Assembly: GCA_902475245.1 (NCBI GenBank)
Contig: CABRYP010000004.1
Span: forward strand, 18,482 to 82,481
Length of the DNA: 64,000 bases
DNA from: an uncultured Collinsella sp.
Lineage (GTDB): Bacteria > Actinomycetota > Coriobacteriia > Coriobacteriales > Coriobacteriaceae
Reading direction: 5' to 3'
The translations under genes and the position numbers were made by a program. Shown piece by piece: positions 49,468 to 58,788 of the stretch (within the stretch, counting starts at the first letter, position 1; every line of letters begins with the position of its first letter). The notes beneath the pieces are model-generated. The model was not told the DNA's origin. It made no database searches and was given only the letters and a program-made list of their open reading frames with translations.

Positions 49468-51237
49468 TTACTTGCTCGCGAAGAGCCAGATGAGGACGAT
49501 CATGAGGATTACGGCGACAATGCAGACGATGGCGCCGGTGAATTTGATGCGTGAGTCGCGGGTGCGCTCGCGCACGTCGTCCTCGGCGGCTTCGAGTTGA
49601 GCCACTTCGCGCTCGGTTTCGGCGTACTCGGCCTTATCGCGTGCCAAGGATCCGGCGAGCGACTCGGTAATCTCGGGATGGTCATGTACCTCGGTCGCCT
49701 GCTCGATGATCGACTGTGCGTGCGCGACGTCCGCCTGGGCATTGGCGATAGCCTGCTCTTGCTCTCGACGCGCCTTGTCCTCGGCGGCGATCTTCTCGCG
49801 TAGTTCGCGCTGGCGCGTTGCGGCGGCGGCTTTTGCGGTCTGCAGCTCATCGCGTGCGGCATCGGCCTCGGCCGTCACGGCCTGATGGGCTCGCTTAGCG
49901 TCGGCGATGGGGGCTTGCGCCTGCTCAACGGCGTGCTCGGCGGCCGCGAGCGAGTGCTCAAGATCGGCGGAGATGCGCGGGACATCTTCCTCGGCTTTGC
50001 GCAAGGCGTCGGCTGTGTCGGAGATCTGCATCGAAAGCTCGCTGGTGCGCACCGTGTAATTGGCGGGATTTGCCGAAGGATTGCGCTGCAGCTCGGCATA
50101 CTCGCGGCGCAGCGTTTCGAGCTGAGCGCGCGTGGCGTCGACGGTTTGCTGTGCTGCGGCAACGCCGGCGTCGCGTTCGGCCTGCACCTTGTCGCGGATG
50201 CGCTTGGAATCCTCGAGACGTCGAACGAGGCGGTTACCGGTCTCGCGCGAGCTGGCTTCACGCGCCTCCACCGCGTCAAGTGCGGCTTTGAGACGCCGCT
50301 CGGTGGCGTCGTCCTCCTCTTTTATTTGCTCGAGCTGCGCCTTGAGCTCTGTTGCTTTGGCAGCATGGGTATCGCGGTCGATTTCTGCCGCCGCGGCGGT
50401 CTTTTGTGCCGTGTCGATAGTCTGGCGCTGCTCGGCGACGATTTGGTCGTAGCGGCCTGCGATGTCCTGGCGCGTCTCGAGCTCCTCGCCTTGATCGGCG
50501 ATGCGCTGCTCAAGTTCGGCCAGGTGGGCACGGGCGTCCGCGAGTGCCTTCTTTGCGGCGTTCATCTCGCGCATGGCCGAGGCACCCTGGGCGATAAAGG
50601 CGCCCACGGCGCTGGCGGTGTTTGAGACGGCGCCTCCCAGATCGCGGCTGGCTGCTGGGGCGTGCAGGGCGGTCGGGTGAGCGGCGTTCGCCGTGCCCGC
50701 ATCGGGCGTCTGCGGCGTGGCGATGCTGCCGGTGCCGCCCTCGACTACGGAAAAGCCGGCAGCGTGCGGGTCGACTGCATCGGCACCAATGGTGGGGTGC
50801 TCAAGCTGCAGGAACGAGGGCAGGGTGCTGCCTTGGTCGGCAACGGGGGTCTCGCCGGGCACGAAGGTCGAGGCGGCCTCGGCGGCCTCCTCTTCTTCGG
50901 CGTCAATATCGGCGTCGGCCACGGCGTTTTTCATCGCTTTGACGGCATCCATCATGGAGTCCATGACGGCATCGAGCTCTTCTTCCGAAGACACCTCGAT
51001 AGGGCCTTCTGCTTGCGGGGCGGCGTCCTTTTCGGGGGCGTCGTCCTGAGCGGCCGAATCGTCGTTTTGCTCGTCGGCATTTTCGGCCGTAGGGATTTCC
51101 GTCGCAGCGCCGTTATCCAGAGTGGCGTCGTCGACGTCGGTATCATTGCAGGTCGCAGCGTCAGTATCTGCGGCGACGTCTGCTGAATCATCAATATGCT
51201 GTTGAGTCTGGGGGTCCAGCTCGTCTGTCATAGGCAT
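49468..51237 (-). CDS. Coiled-coil protein with acidic N-terminus and C-terminal TM
   Basis: Ala/Glu/Gln-rich heptads; 'FTGAIVCIVAVILMIVLIWLF'; GAGGAG RBS. Confidence 0.8.
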   Translation of the reverse strand: MPMTDELDPQTQQHIDDSADVAADTDAATCNDTDVDDATLDNGAATEIPTAENADEQNDDSAAQDDAPEKDAAPQAEGPIEVSSEEELDAVMDSMMDAVKAMKNAVADADIDAEEEEAAEAASTFVPGETPVADQGSTLPSFLQLEHPTIGADAVDPHAAGFSVVEGGTGSIATPQTPDAGTANAAHPTALHAPAASRDLGGAVSNTASAVGAFIAQGASAMREMNAAKKALADARAHLAELEQRIADQGEELETRQDIAGRYDQIVAEQRQTIDTAQKTAAAAEIDRDTHAAKATELKAQLEQIKEEDDATERRLKAALDAVEAREASSRETGNRLVRRLEDSKRIRDKVQAERDAGVAAAQQTVDATRAQLETLRREYAELQRNPSANPANYTVRTSELSMQISDTADALRKAEEDVPRISADLEHSLAAAEHAVEQAQAPIADAKRAHQAVTAEADAARDELQTAKAAAATRQRELREKIAAEDKARREQEQAIANAQADVAHAQSIIEQATEVHDHPEITESLAGSLARDKAEYAETEREVAQLEAAEDDVRERTRDSRIKFTGAIVCIVAVILMIVLIWLFASK

Positions 51238-51525
51238 GTGCTCCTCATCGTTGTTTGTCACCCTATGATAAAGTCTCGCGCCGACATCCCGCGCCCCGCA
51301 GCAAAGTTTCAAAACGTGTTCGATGACTCGCTTGGATAGCAAAAATTCATCCTCTAAATTCAGTTTACGCTTGACATTCCCTTCGCCGAATGACGTTGCG
51401 CCGTTCGCCTGCTGCGGTCTTTATTTTTCACTTGAACCCGCTAAAGTTGCATTTCAGCTTTTGGCGCGTGAAGTTGGATACGCGCAGTCGGCGGGCGTGC
51501 CCGTCGCGATTCGAAAGGACTTTGT

Positions 51526-52326
51526 ATGGGACTTTTCACTGGTAAGACCGTGATCGTCACCGGCGGCGGCAAGGCCACGCTCAAGGACGGTTCCGCTGGC
51601 TCCATCGGTTACGGCATCGATATCGCTTTTGCCAAGGAGGGCGCAAACCTCGTCATTACCGGCCGCAACGTTGCCAAGCTCGAGGCTGCCAAGGAGTCCC
51701 TCGAGGCCGACTACGGCGTCAAGGTTCTGCCTGTTCAGGCCGATGTCTCGGCTGGTCAGGACAACGAGGCCGTCGTCCAGAACGTCATCGACAAGGCCAT
51801 CGAGGAGTTCGGCCGCATCGACGCCGTCGTCAACAATGCCCAGGCCAGCGCTTCGGGCGTGACCATTGCCGATCACACCATGGACCAGTTTAACCTGGCC
51901 ATTTACTCCGGCCTGTATGCCACCTATCTGTACATGCAGAAGGCCTATCCGCACCTGAAGGAGACCAAGGGTTCCGTGGTCAACTTTGCCTCGGGCGCCG
52001 GTCTGTTTGGCAACTACGGCCAGTGCAGCTACGCCGCCGCCAAGGAAGGCATCCGCGGCTTGACCCGCGTTGCCGCCAACGAGTGGGGCAAGGACGGCAT
52101 CAACGTCAACATCGTGTGCCCGCTTGCTTGGACCGCTGCGCTCGAGAACTTCCAGGATGCCTATCCCGAGGCGTTCAAGGCCAACGTCCATATGCCGCCG
52201 GCGGGTCATTACGGCGACGTCGAGAAGGAGATCGGCCGCGTGGTCGTTCAGCTCTGCGGCCCCGACTTTAAGTACATGAACGGTGAGACCGTCACCCTCG
52301 AGGGTGGCATGGGCCAGCGTCCCTAA
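51526..52326 (+). CDS. SDR oxidoreductase, probable bile-acid 12alpha-hydroxysteroid dehydrogenase
   Basis: TGGG...SIGYG, NNAQASASG, YAAAK, 'TGRN' (NADP-type), C-terminal 'GET.TLEGGMGQRP' as recalled for clostridial/Eggerthella 12alpha-HSDHs. Confidence 0.8.
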   Translation: MGLFTGKTVIVTGGGKATLKDGSAGSIGYGIDIAFAKEGANLVITGRNVAKLEAAKESLEADYGVKVLPVQADVSAGQDNEAVVQNVIDKAIEEFGRIDAVVNNAQASASGVTIADHTMDQFNLAIYSGLYATYLYMQKAYPHLKETKGSVVNFASGAGLFGNYGQCSYAAAKEGIRGLTRVAANEWGKDGINVNIVCPLAWTAALENFQDAYPEAFKANVHMPPAGHYGDVEKEIGRVVVQLCGPDFKYMNGETVTLEGGMGQRP

Positions 52327-52328
52327 GA

Positions 52329-52473
52329 GTTACGGCGTTTTACCAAACGCCGTAACGGGCCGACGCTGCAAACCCGCCAGAGCGGCAATCTGCCTTTCAA
52401 CTTCGGCGGCATGATCAAAAGATCAATGCCGCCTTGTTTCAAGGCACCTTGCTCGCTCTGGCGGGTTTTCGCT
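52329..52473. repeat. Structured intergenic repeat, copy 2 (interrupted by IS; continues at 54004-54105)
   Basis: Same architecture as 49070 copy with compensatory stem changes. Confidence 0.8.
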
Positions 52474-52499
52474 CATATGACCCAATCCGCTGTCAAGAG

Positions 52500-52751
52500 C
52501 CACAATGGCCCCGCCGACCGCTTGCAATCGGTCGGCGGGGCTTGCCGTTAACCCGTCCCGGTCCGCCCCCGGCATGTCATCGACGCCTTCGGCTCAGTCT
52601 CATATCCGCGGATACCGTTCTGTCGGCCCGCACTCCATTCCTTCGGCGGGGTTCCCCAAGTCTGTCGAGGCGCATGCGGAGGGCTCCGCGCGCACAGCGA
52701 AATAGGGGGTGTCCCCGAAGGCCGCCCGGCTCGCCGGGACGGGGGCTATGT
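52500..52751 (-). ncRNA. Putative bridge/seek RNA in the IS 3' non-coding end (boundaries approximate)
   Basis: Contains TTTCGCTGT and CGACAG (both strands of the target) and ATATGAGAC (circle junction) within stem-loops. Confidence 0.6.
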
Positions 52752-53873
52752 CTATTCCGCGCCCTCCCGGCACATCATGCCGAGGGCCCAGAGCCACCTC
52801 ACGAGCTCGGCCGCGGTGGCCGCGTTGGCCTTCGCCTGGGGCATGCCCCTCTCGAGCATCTCCTCGCGCCGCCGCAGGAGCCGCTCGGACCCCTTCCTCC
52901 CGTGAACCCTTATCTCGAGGGGCACGCCCGTGTCCCTCGGCATGAGCTTCGGCTGGTGCCGTGCCGCGGCGTAGCACCATGAACCCTCAACGGCCAGCTT
53001 CCTCACGAGCGCGTTGCCCGCACCGCTGATGCCTCCGAGCCGCACGGAGTCGCCACTCGACCTCTGACTCGGCGCGAGGCCGAAATAGGCCGTGACCTGC
53101 CTTCCGGAACGGAACCTCGTGAAGTCGCCGACCTCGGCCGAGAAGGCCGCGGCCAGCGCGAAGGCGCAGCCCTTGATCGACTGGAGGGCGGCCACCTCCG
53201 CGGCGATCGGGCTGGCATCCACGGCGGCCCTGTACTCGGAGAGCAGGTCCGCCCGGGCCTCCGCCGCGGCCTCGACCTCGTTCCTCAGGGCGGCGAGCGT
53301 CCGAACCCCGCCATCGTCCTCCGGCCTGACCTTGTCGAGCCACCTCAGGAAGTCGTAGGTCCAGTACTTCCTCGGGTTGCCGGCGGGCGTGGTGCCGCCG
53401 TAGACGAACCCCCGCTTTGCGAGGAAGGCGAGCAGCCGCTGCTTGGCGGTCGCCAGGCGCGCGGTCGCCCCGTCGTAGGCGCCGGCGAGGTCCCTGATGC
53501 CTTCGACCTCGGGGGAGGGGACCCATATGGGGGAGATGTCGTGGGCGAGTATCGCCTTGGCCATCCTGGCGGCGTCGTTCCTGTCGTTCTTGGAGGCCGA
53601 GTCGGCGGCCGACCTGGGGATCTTCGAGACCGCGGCGACGACGCACTCGACGCCGAGCCCGGCGAGCTCCCTTTGCGGGGCGAAGCCGAGGTAGCCGCTC
53701 TCGTAGGCCGCGAGCGACGGCCCGGGGAACCCATCCATCCACCCGGCGATCTCGCCCCAGGGGTTGCCGGGGAACCTCCTCGTCACGGTCTCGCCGGTGT
53801 CCGCGTCGAGGGCGCAGACGGTGGTCGACCTCAGGTGGACGTCCATCCCGAACGCGGTAGAATACTTTGGCAT
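52752..53873 (-). CDS. IS110 family DEDD transposase/recombinase
   Basis: 'GMDVH', 'AYESG', 'KNDRNDA', 'YFGLAPSQRSSG', 'GNALVR'. Confidence 0.95.
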   Translation of the reverse strand: MPKYSTAFGMDVHLRSTTVCALDADTGETVTRRFPGNPWGEIAGWMDGFPGPSLAAYESGYLGFAPQRELAGLGVECVVAAVSKIPRSAADSASKNDRNDAARMAKAILAHDISPIWVPSPEVEGIRDLAGAYDGATARLATAKQRLLAFLAKRGFVYGGTTPAGNPRKYWTYDFLRWLDKVRPEDDGGVRTLAALRNEVEAAAEARADLLSEYRAAVDASPIAAEVAALQSIKGCAFALAAAFSAEVGDFTRFRSGRQVTAYFGLAPSQRSSGDSVRLGGISGAGNALVRKLAVEGSWCYAAARHQPKLMPRDTGVPLEIRVHGRKGSERLLRRREEMLERGMPQAKANAATAAELVRWLWALGMMCREGAE

Positions 53874-54201
53874 GGGAGCCTCCCAACCTCGTTGCGGCGC
53901 GGCTGCGCCTATGGCACTTCAACATCATTGTCGCAGCCCCGACCCGCGGTCACGAGCGGGGGCTCCTATCTTTTTAGTGCCCTCGGATTGGGTCATAGTG
54001 TCTGTCGGTGCCATAGCATCGGCGTTGCTGTGGCTGTCGGAAATGATCCGTTGGGGACGGAGGAAAACGGATCATTTTTATCCTGGTGCATTGGTGCAAG
54101 TGGGCAGGTTTCCTTTGCGCCAGTTTCTGTCGAGTCGGTGCTCCTTGCGGGTTGCCCGTATAATGGTTTGCGTATGAACCGCAACCAAGGAGTTCCAGTT
54201 T

Positions 54202-55341
54202 ATGGACCAGAGCCTTTTTAAATTCGACCTGATCGCCGAGGACCCGACGACGCACGCGCGTGCCGGCGTACTGCACACCCCGCACGGCGATATCGAGACG
54301 CCAATCTTTATGCCCGTGGGCACCAAGGCAAACGTCAAGGGTATTCCTACCGAGACCGTCAAACAGCTCGGCGCCCAGATCGTGCTTGCCAACACCTATC
54401 ACCTGTCCATGCGTCCCGGCGAGGACACCATTGCCGAGCTGGGCGGCCTGCACAAGTTTATGAACTGGCACGGCCCCATTCTTACCGATTCGGGCGGCTT
54501 CCAGGTGTTCAGCCACAACGACGCCGTCAAGCTCACCGACGAGGGCGTGCGCTTTATCGTCAACGACTACGACGGCCGCCACGTGTTCTGGACGCCCGAG
54601 GACAACATGGAAATCGCCATGAAGCTCGGCTCCGATATCTGCATGCAGCTCGACCAGTGCCCGGGCTATCCCGCCACGCGCGCCTACGTCGAGCGCGCCG
54701 TTGAGCTGTCGAGTATGTGGGCCGAGCGCTGCTATAAGGCGCATACCCGCGATGACCAGGCGCTCTTTGGCATCGTCCAAGGCGGCATGCACCTGGACCT
54801 GCGCCTGCGCTCGCTGCGCCATCTGGAGGAGTGCGGCGACTTCCCGGGTTACGGCATCGGCGGCTATTCGGTGGGCGAAGACCACGAGACCATGTTCGAG
54901 ACGCTGGCACCGCTGGTTTCCGAGTACATGCCTAAGCACAAGCCGCGCTACCTCATGGGCGTCGGCAACCCTACCACGCTCGTGCGCGGCGTTGGCGTGG
55001 GCATCGACATGTTCGACTGCGTGCTGCCGACGCGCACCGGCCGCATGGGTACGGCGTTCTCCAGTGAAGGTCGCCTTAACTTCCGCAACGCGCGCTTTGC
55101 GCACGACGACGGCCCTATCGACCCCACCTGCACCTGCCCGGTGTGCACGGGCGGCTACAGCCGTGCGCTCATCCGTCACATGGTCACGCAGAAGGAGATG
55201 CTCGGCGGTATTCTGCTGTCGATGCACAACATCTACTACCTGCTCAACCTTATGCAGCGTGCCCGTCAGGCCATTATCGAGGGCCGTTACGGCGCGTTTG
55301 TGAGCGACTGGATGAACAGCCCTGCGGCGGTGGATTACTAA
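54202..55341 (+). CDS. tgt: tRNA-guanine transglycosylase
   Basis: 'TP.FMPVGT', 'TDSGGFQ', 'GIVQGG', 'DMFDCVLPTR', Zn 'CTCPVC..HN'. Confidence 0.96.
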   Translation: MDQSLFKFDLIAEDPTTHARAGVLHTPHGDIETPIFMPVGTKANVKGIPTETVKQLGAQIVLANTYHLSMRPGEDTIAELGGLHKFMNWHGPILTDSGGFQVFSHNDAVKLTDEGVRFIVNDYDGRHVFWTPEDNMEIAMKLGSDICMQLDQCPGYPATRAYVERAVELSSMWAERCYKAHTRDDQALFGIVQGGMHLDLRLRSLRHLEECGDFPGYGIGGYSVGEDHETMFETLAPLVSEYMPKHKPRYLMGVGNPTTLVRGVGVGIDMFDCVLPTRTGRMGTAFSSEGRLNFRNARFAHDDGPIDPTCTCPVCTGGYSRALIRHMVTQKEMLGGILLSMHNIYYLLNLMQRARQAIIEGRYGAFVSDWMNSPAAVDY

Positions 55342-55477
55342 GAGCCGCGACCGCTGACCGATGCCTTGCAAGCGCTTGATGCATCGTGGGTACCATACCG
55401 AATAGTTGATGTTCGGGCGGGTGTTTGGCGCATGGCGTCGACCCCGCCCGTTTTTCTTTTTCCCGATAGGAGTACCC

Positions 55478-56236
55478 ATGATTGAGAACGAGAATGTCGA
55501 GGGCGAGTCCGCCTACGACGAGACGTACCGCCGCGGTCCCGTGGTTATGCGCGGCCCCATGATTCCTAAGGACAACACCTACGCCAACCTGCTGGCGCCC
55601 GAGGAGTCGACCGACTGGCTGCATGCTGATCCGTGGCGCGTGCTGCGCATCCAGGCCGAGTTTGTCGATGGCTTTGGCGCACTTGCCGAGCTCGGGCCCG
55701 CTGTGACCATCTTCGGCAGCGCCCGCATGCCCAAGACCGATCCGCTCTATAAGGCGGCGCGCACGGTCGGCCGCAAAATCGCCCAGCGCGGCGTGGCGGT
55801 CATCACCGGTGGCGGCCCCGGCATCATGGAAGCGGCCAACAGGGGAGCGGCGAGTGTCAACGGCAAGTCAGTTGGCCTGGGCATTGAATTGCCGCACGAG
55901 CATGGGCTCAATAAATACGTGAACCTCGGCATGGACTTCCGTTACTTCTTTGTGCGCAAGACCATGTTCGTCAAATACAGCTCGGGCGCCATCGTGTTTC
56001 CCGGAGGTTTTGGTACGCTCGACGAAATGTTCGAGGTGCTCACGCTGGTGCAGACGCACAAGGTCAAGCGCATGCCGCTCGTGCTGGTGGGCACCGAGTA
56101 CTGGCAGGGCCTATTCGACTGGCTTAACGGTCCGGTGATGGACGCCGGTATGATCAGCCCGCTCGATCCGGAGTTGGTGCACATTACCGACGACCTCAAC
56201 GAGGCCGTCGATATCGCCCTGAGCGGGCTGATGTAG
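55478..56236 (+). CDS. LOG family (TIGR00730-like) nucleotide phosphoribohydrolase
   Basis: 'FGSAR', 'TGGGPGIMEAAN', 'RKTMF', 'PGGFGTLDE'. Confidence 0.92.
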   Translation: MIENENVEGESAYDETYRRGPVVMRGPMIPKDNTYANLLAPEESTDWLHADPWRVLRIQAEFVDGFGALAELGPAVTIFGSARMPKTDPLYKAARTVGRKIAQRGVAVITGGGPGIMEAANRGAASVNGKSVGLGIELPHEHGLNKYVNLGMDFRYFFVRKTMFVKYSSGAIVFPGGFGTLDEMFEVLTLVQTHKVKRMPLVLVGTEYWQGLFDWLNGPVMDAGMISPLDPELVHITDDLNEAVDIALSGLM

Positions 56237-56264
56237 GGCGAGCGTGCCTGTCGTTGTAGTGATG

Positions 56265-56304
56265 AGAAGGCAGACTGATGCTATTTAACATCAGTCTGCC
56301 TTCT
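56265..56304. promoter_or_regulatory. Perfect 16-bp inverted repeat upstream of TA operon (operator or terminator)
   Basis: AGAAGGCAGACTGATG-N8-CATCAGTCTGCCTTCT, just before TATACT -10 (56313). Confidence 0.55.
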
Positions 56305-56349
56305 AAACTGGGTATACTGATGCAAAAGACGAGAGCGAGGAGGTCGTGT

Positions 56350-56649
56350 ATGTCTACTGCAACGGTTAAGCCTACGACGGTTCGCATCGAAGAGGGGCTC
56401 AAGGAACAGGCGACTGAGTTCTTGGATACGGTTGGTCTGAGTCTCAATTCGTATCTCAACCTTGCTGTTCGGCAGCTGGTAAATCAGCGAAAGATTCCTT
56501 TTGAGATCGTTGGTCGATCCGAAGTTCCCAACGAGGCGACGAGGCGCGCCATGGTGATCGCTGAAGCTCATGAGTTGGGGATTCTGCCAGACGACAGCCC
56601 GTCATTCAATAACGCTGATGAGCTTATATCATTCCTCGATGAGGACTAG
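56350..56649 (+). CDS. RelB/DinJ family antitoxin
   Basis: 'VRIEEGLK.QA..L..VGLS', 'IPFEI', 'PNEAT..AM'. Confidence 0.88.
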   Translation: MSTATVKPTTVRIEEGLKEQATEFLDTVGLSLNSYLNLAVRQLVNQRKIPFEIVGRSEVPNEATRRAMVIAEAHELGILPDDSPSFNNADELISFLDED

Positions 56650-56651
56650 CG

Positions 56652-56960
56652 ATGTTTGAGATTAAAGTCGAGGCTCAGTTTAAGGCGGATTACAAACGGA
56701 CGATGCGCATCCATCCGCAGCTAAAAACCGAGTTTAAGGCGGCGGTTGCAGAACTTGCGGCTCACGGCTCGCTTCCCGCGGAATATGGTGCCCACGAGCT
56801 TTCAAACCCGGGCGGCAATTACAACGGCCACATCGATTTCCATCTATCCGATGGCTTGGTCGATGTGGTCGTTCTGTACTTGCCGCATAAGACTAATCCT
56901 GTGATCCGACTGGTCAGAATGGGCTCGCATGAGGAACTGTTCCGGGGCCCGCAGGGCTGA
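56652..56960 (+). CDS. YafQ/RelE family mRNA interferase toxin
   Basis: 'FKADYKR', 'HEL', 'DFHL', 'LVRMGSHEELF'. Confidence 0.88.
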   Translation: MFEIKVEAQFKADYKRTMRIHPQLKTEFKAAVAELAAHGSLPAEYGAHELSNPGGNYNGHIDFHLSDGLVDVVVLYLPHKTNPVIRLVRMGSHEELFRGPQG

Positions 56961-56972
56961 TTGCCGATTTCT

Positions 56973-57040
56973 AAGTTGCGGTGGAATAGGGATTGATTTG
57001 CGGCTGGTAAGCCAAAAAACAGTCCCTATTCCACCGCAAG
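56973..57040. repeat. REP-like palindrome, TTGCGGTG..CACCGCAA family, copy 2
   Basis: TTGCGGTGGAATAGGGA..TCCCTATTCCACCGCAA. Confidence 0.85.
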
Positions 57041-57054
57041 TGGTAAAGGTGCCC

Positions 57055-57915
57055 CTAGTGGATGGGTTGGTAGCGGGGGCAGTAGCTGATGGCGATGGCG
57101 TCGACGCCTACGTGGGTGGCGATGGTGCAGCCGATGGGGCCGGTGCCGGCGTCTACGTAGTCTTGGCCCGCGAGCGCTTGGTTGACGAGCTCCTGCTCCT
57201 CGGCGGCGCCGGTCGTGAGCACGCGCACGCTGGAGCCCGGGTGCTCGGACAAAAATGCGAGGCAATCGGCCATGGTGTTGGCGACGATGCGCTTGGCGCC
57301 GCGGCCCTTTTTGACGGCCTTGATCTCGCCCGATTTCCACTCCGGCGAAACGGCCAGGCGAATGTTGAGCATCTGCGTGAGCTGGCCGGCGAGCTTGGGC
57401 GCGCGGCCGTTCTTAACGAGGTTCTCGAGCGTGCGGGGAATCAGCAGCAGGTGGGCGTCGGGCAGCGTCGCGCGGATCTGCGCCTCGGTCTCGTCCAGAC
57501 TGCGGCCGTCCTCGCGCATGGCCAGTGCGTACTCCACCAGCAGGCCCTCGGCACCCGAGCCGGTGCGCGAGTCGATGCAGCGAACGTCGAGCTCGTGCGT
57601 TTCGGCCGTCAGGCTGGCGTTGGCATAGCAGGCGGACCACTCGCTGCACAGCGAGATAAAGATGGCGCTGTCGTGGCCGTCGGCGAGCACGCGGTCAAAG
57701 AGCGCCTTGAACTCGCCGGCGCTCGGCTGCGAGGTGTGCGGCAGCTGCTCGGAGCCGGCCATGCGCACGACGTATTCCTCGGCGGTAATCTGCACCTGGT
57801 CGAGCAGGTCCTCGCCCTCGATAATCACATGCAGCGGAATCACGTAAATGCCGAGCTCTTGGGCGCGGGCGGGGGAGATGTCCGACGTGGAGTCGGTTAT
57901 GATGGCAAAAGACAT
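57055..57915 (-). CDS. DegV family protein
   Basis: 'IITDSTSDI', 'TSQPS', 'LENLVKNGR', 'IATHVG'. Confidence 0.9.
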   Translation of the reverse strand: MSFAIITDSTSDISPARAQELGIYVIPLHVIIEGEDLLDQVQITAEEYVVRMAGSEQLPHTSQPSAGEFKALFDRVLADGHDSAIFISLCSEWSACYANASLTAETHELDVRCIDSRTGSGAEGLLVEYALAMREDGRSLDETEAQIRATLPDAHLLLIPRTLENLVKNGRAPKLAGQLTQMLNIRLAVSPEWKSGEIKAVKKGRGAKRIVANTMADCLAFLSEHPGSSVRVLTTGAAEEQELVNQALAGQDYVDAGTGPIGCTIATHVGVDAIAISYCPRYQPIH

Positions 57916-58071
57916 AATTGCACCTTTCGTTGGGGCGCTTGCGCGCCGCCTTCTGAGAGCAAAGTGCGACAAGTATAGTAGAGTCGTTCCACATTGCCAG
58001 CTTTAATTGTTGAATAGTCAACAGTTTGAAGTGTCGGTGTGGAAATCGCCAACTGGGGAAGAAGGATATCG

Positions 58072-58734
58072 ATGGCGGCATTACAGCTATGCGAGCGGCC
58101 GGTCGTGCTGTTTGATTTCGATGGCACGGTGGCCGATACGGGCCGGGCGGTGATGACCTCGACGCGCAAAACGCTGGCTGCGCGCGGGTTTTCTGAGGCG
58201 CAGATGGGTGACCTGCGCCGCATGATCGGGCCGCCCCTGTGGAAGAGCTTCCACGACTTTTACGGCTTCTCGCGCGAGGAGTCGCTTGTGGTGGCCGACG
58301 AGTACCGTGCCTTTTTTGATGAGCTGGGACCGGAAGAGTACCCCGTGTTCGATGGAGTCCCCGAGCTGCTCGACAGCCTTGCCGCGCGGGGGCATCGCAT
58401 GGCGGTCGCGACGTCTCGCATGGAGGCAAAGTGCATTGACATGGTGCGTGAGCTGGGGCTTTGCCAGTTCGAAGCCGTGGTCGGCATGAATCCGCCGCAG
58501 GGACGCGAGACCAAGGCCGATTCGGTCCGCGATGCCCTGGCGGCGCTCGGCGCGACGGCCGACGATGCCGTGATGATCGGCGATCGCTTCAACGATGTGG
58601 AGGGCGCGCATGCGATGGGCGTGCCGTGCATTGGCATCTATTCGGGCGCGGCGGCGCCGGGGGAGCACGAGGCCGCGGGTGCCGATGCGGTGGTGCACTC
58701 GGTGGCCGAGCTTGCTAAACTTTTCGCTATCTAA
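58072..58734 (+). CDS. HAD-family phosphatase
   Basis: 'FDFDGT', 'VATS', 'MIGDR.ND..GA'. Confidence 0.92.
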   Translation: MAALQLCERPVVLFDFDGTVADTGRAVMTSTRKTLAARGFSEAQMGDLRRMIGPPLWKSFHDFYGFSREESLVVADEYRAFFDELGPEEYPVFDGVPELLDSLAARGHRMAVATSRMEAKCIDMVRELGLCQFEAVVGMNPPQGRETKADSVRDALAALGATADDAVMIGDRFNDVEGAHAMGVPCIGIYSGAAAPGEHEAAGADAVVHSVAELAKLFAI

Positions 58735-58788
58735 TGACGTAATGTGAGGAGCGGGCGTGCCCGCTGCTCATTGGTAAGGAGGTCGTCC

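Larger units (their letters stand above)
52472..54003 (-). mobile_element. IS110-family (IS1111-type) insertion sequence
   Basis: 14-bp sub-terminal IRs TATGACCCAATCCG (52476-52489) / CGGATTGGGTCATA (53984-53997); CT core at both ends; TTGACA -35 near the downstream end; long 3' non-coding region. Confidence 0.88.

Noticed and set aside
51305..51325. Second LexA box (CAAA-acgt-GTTC)
   Set aside because: Left half-site has two mismatches; other GAAC..GTTC hits (18292, 22888, 37232) have the wrong spacing or are hairpin arms.
52987..53928. 313-aa alternative-frame ORF in the IS
   Set aside because: Arg/Gly-rich out-of-frame translation of the transposase gene.
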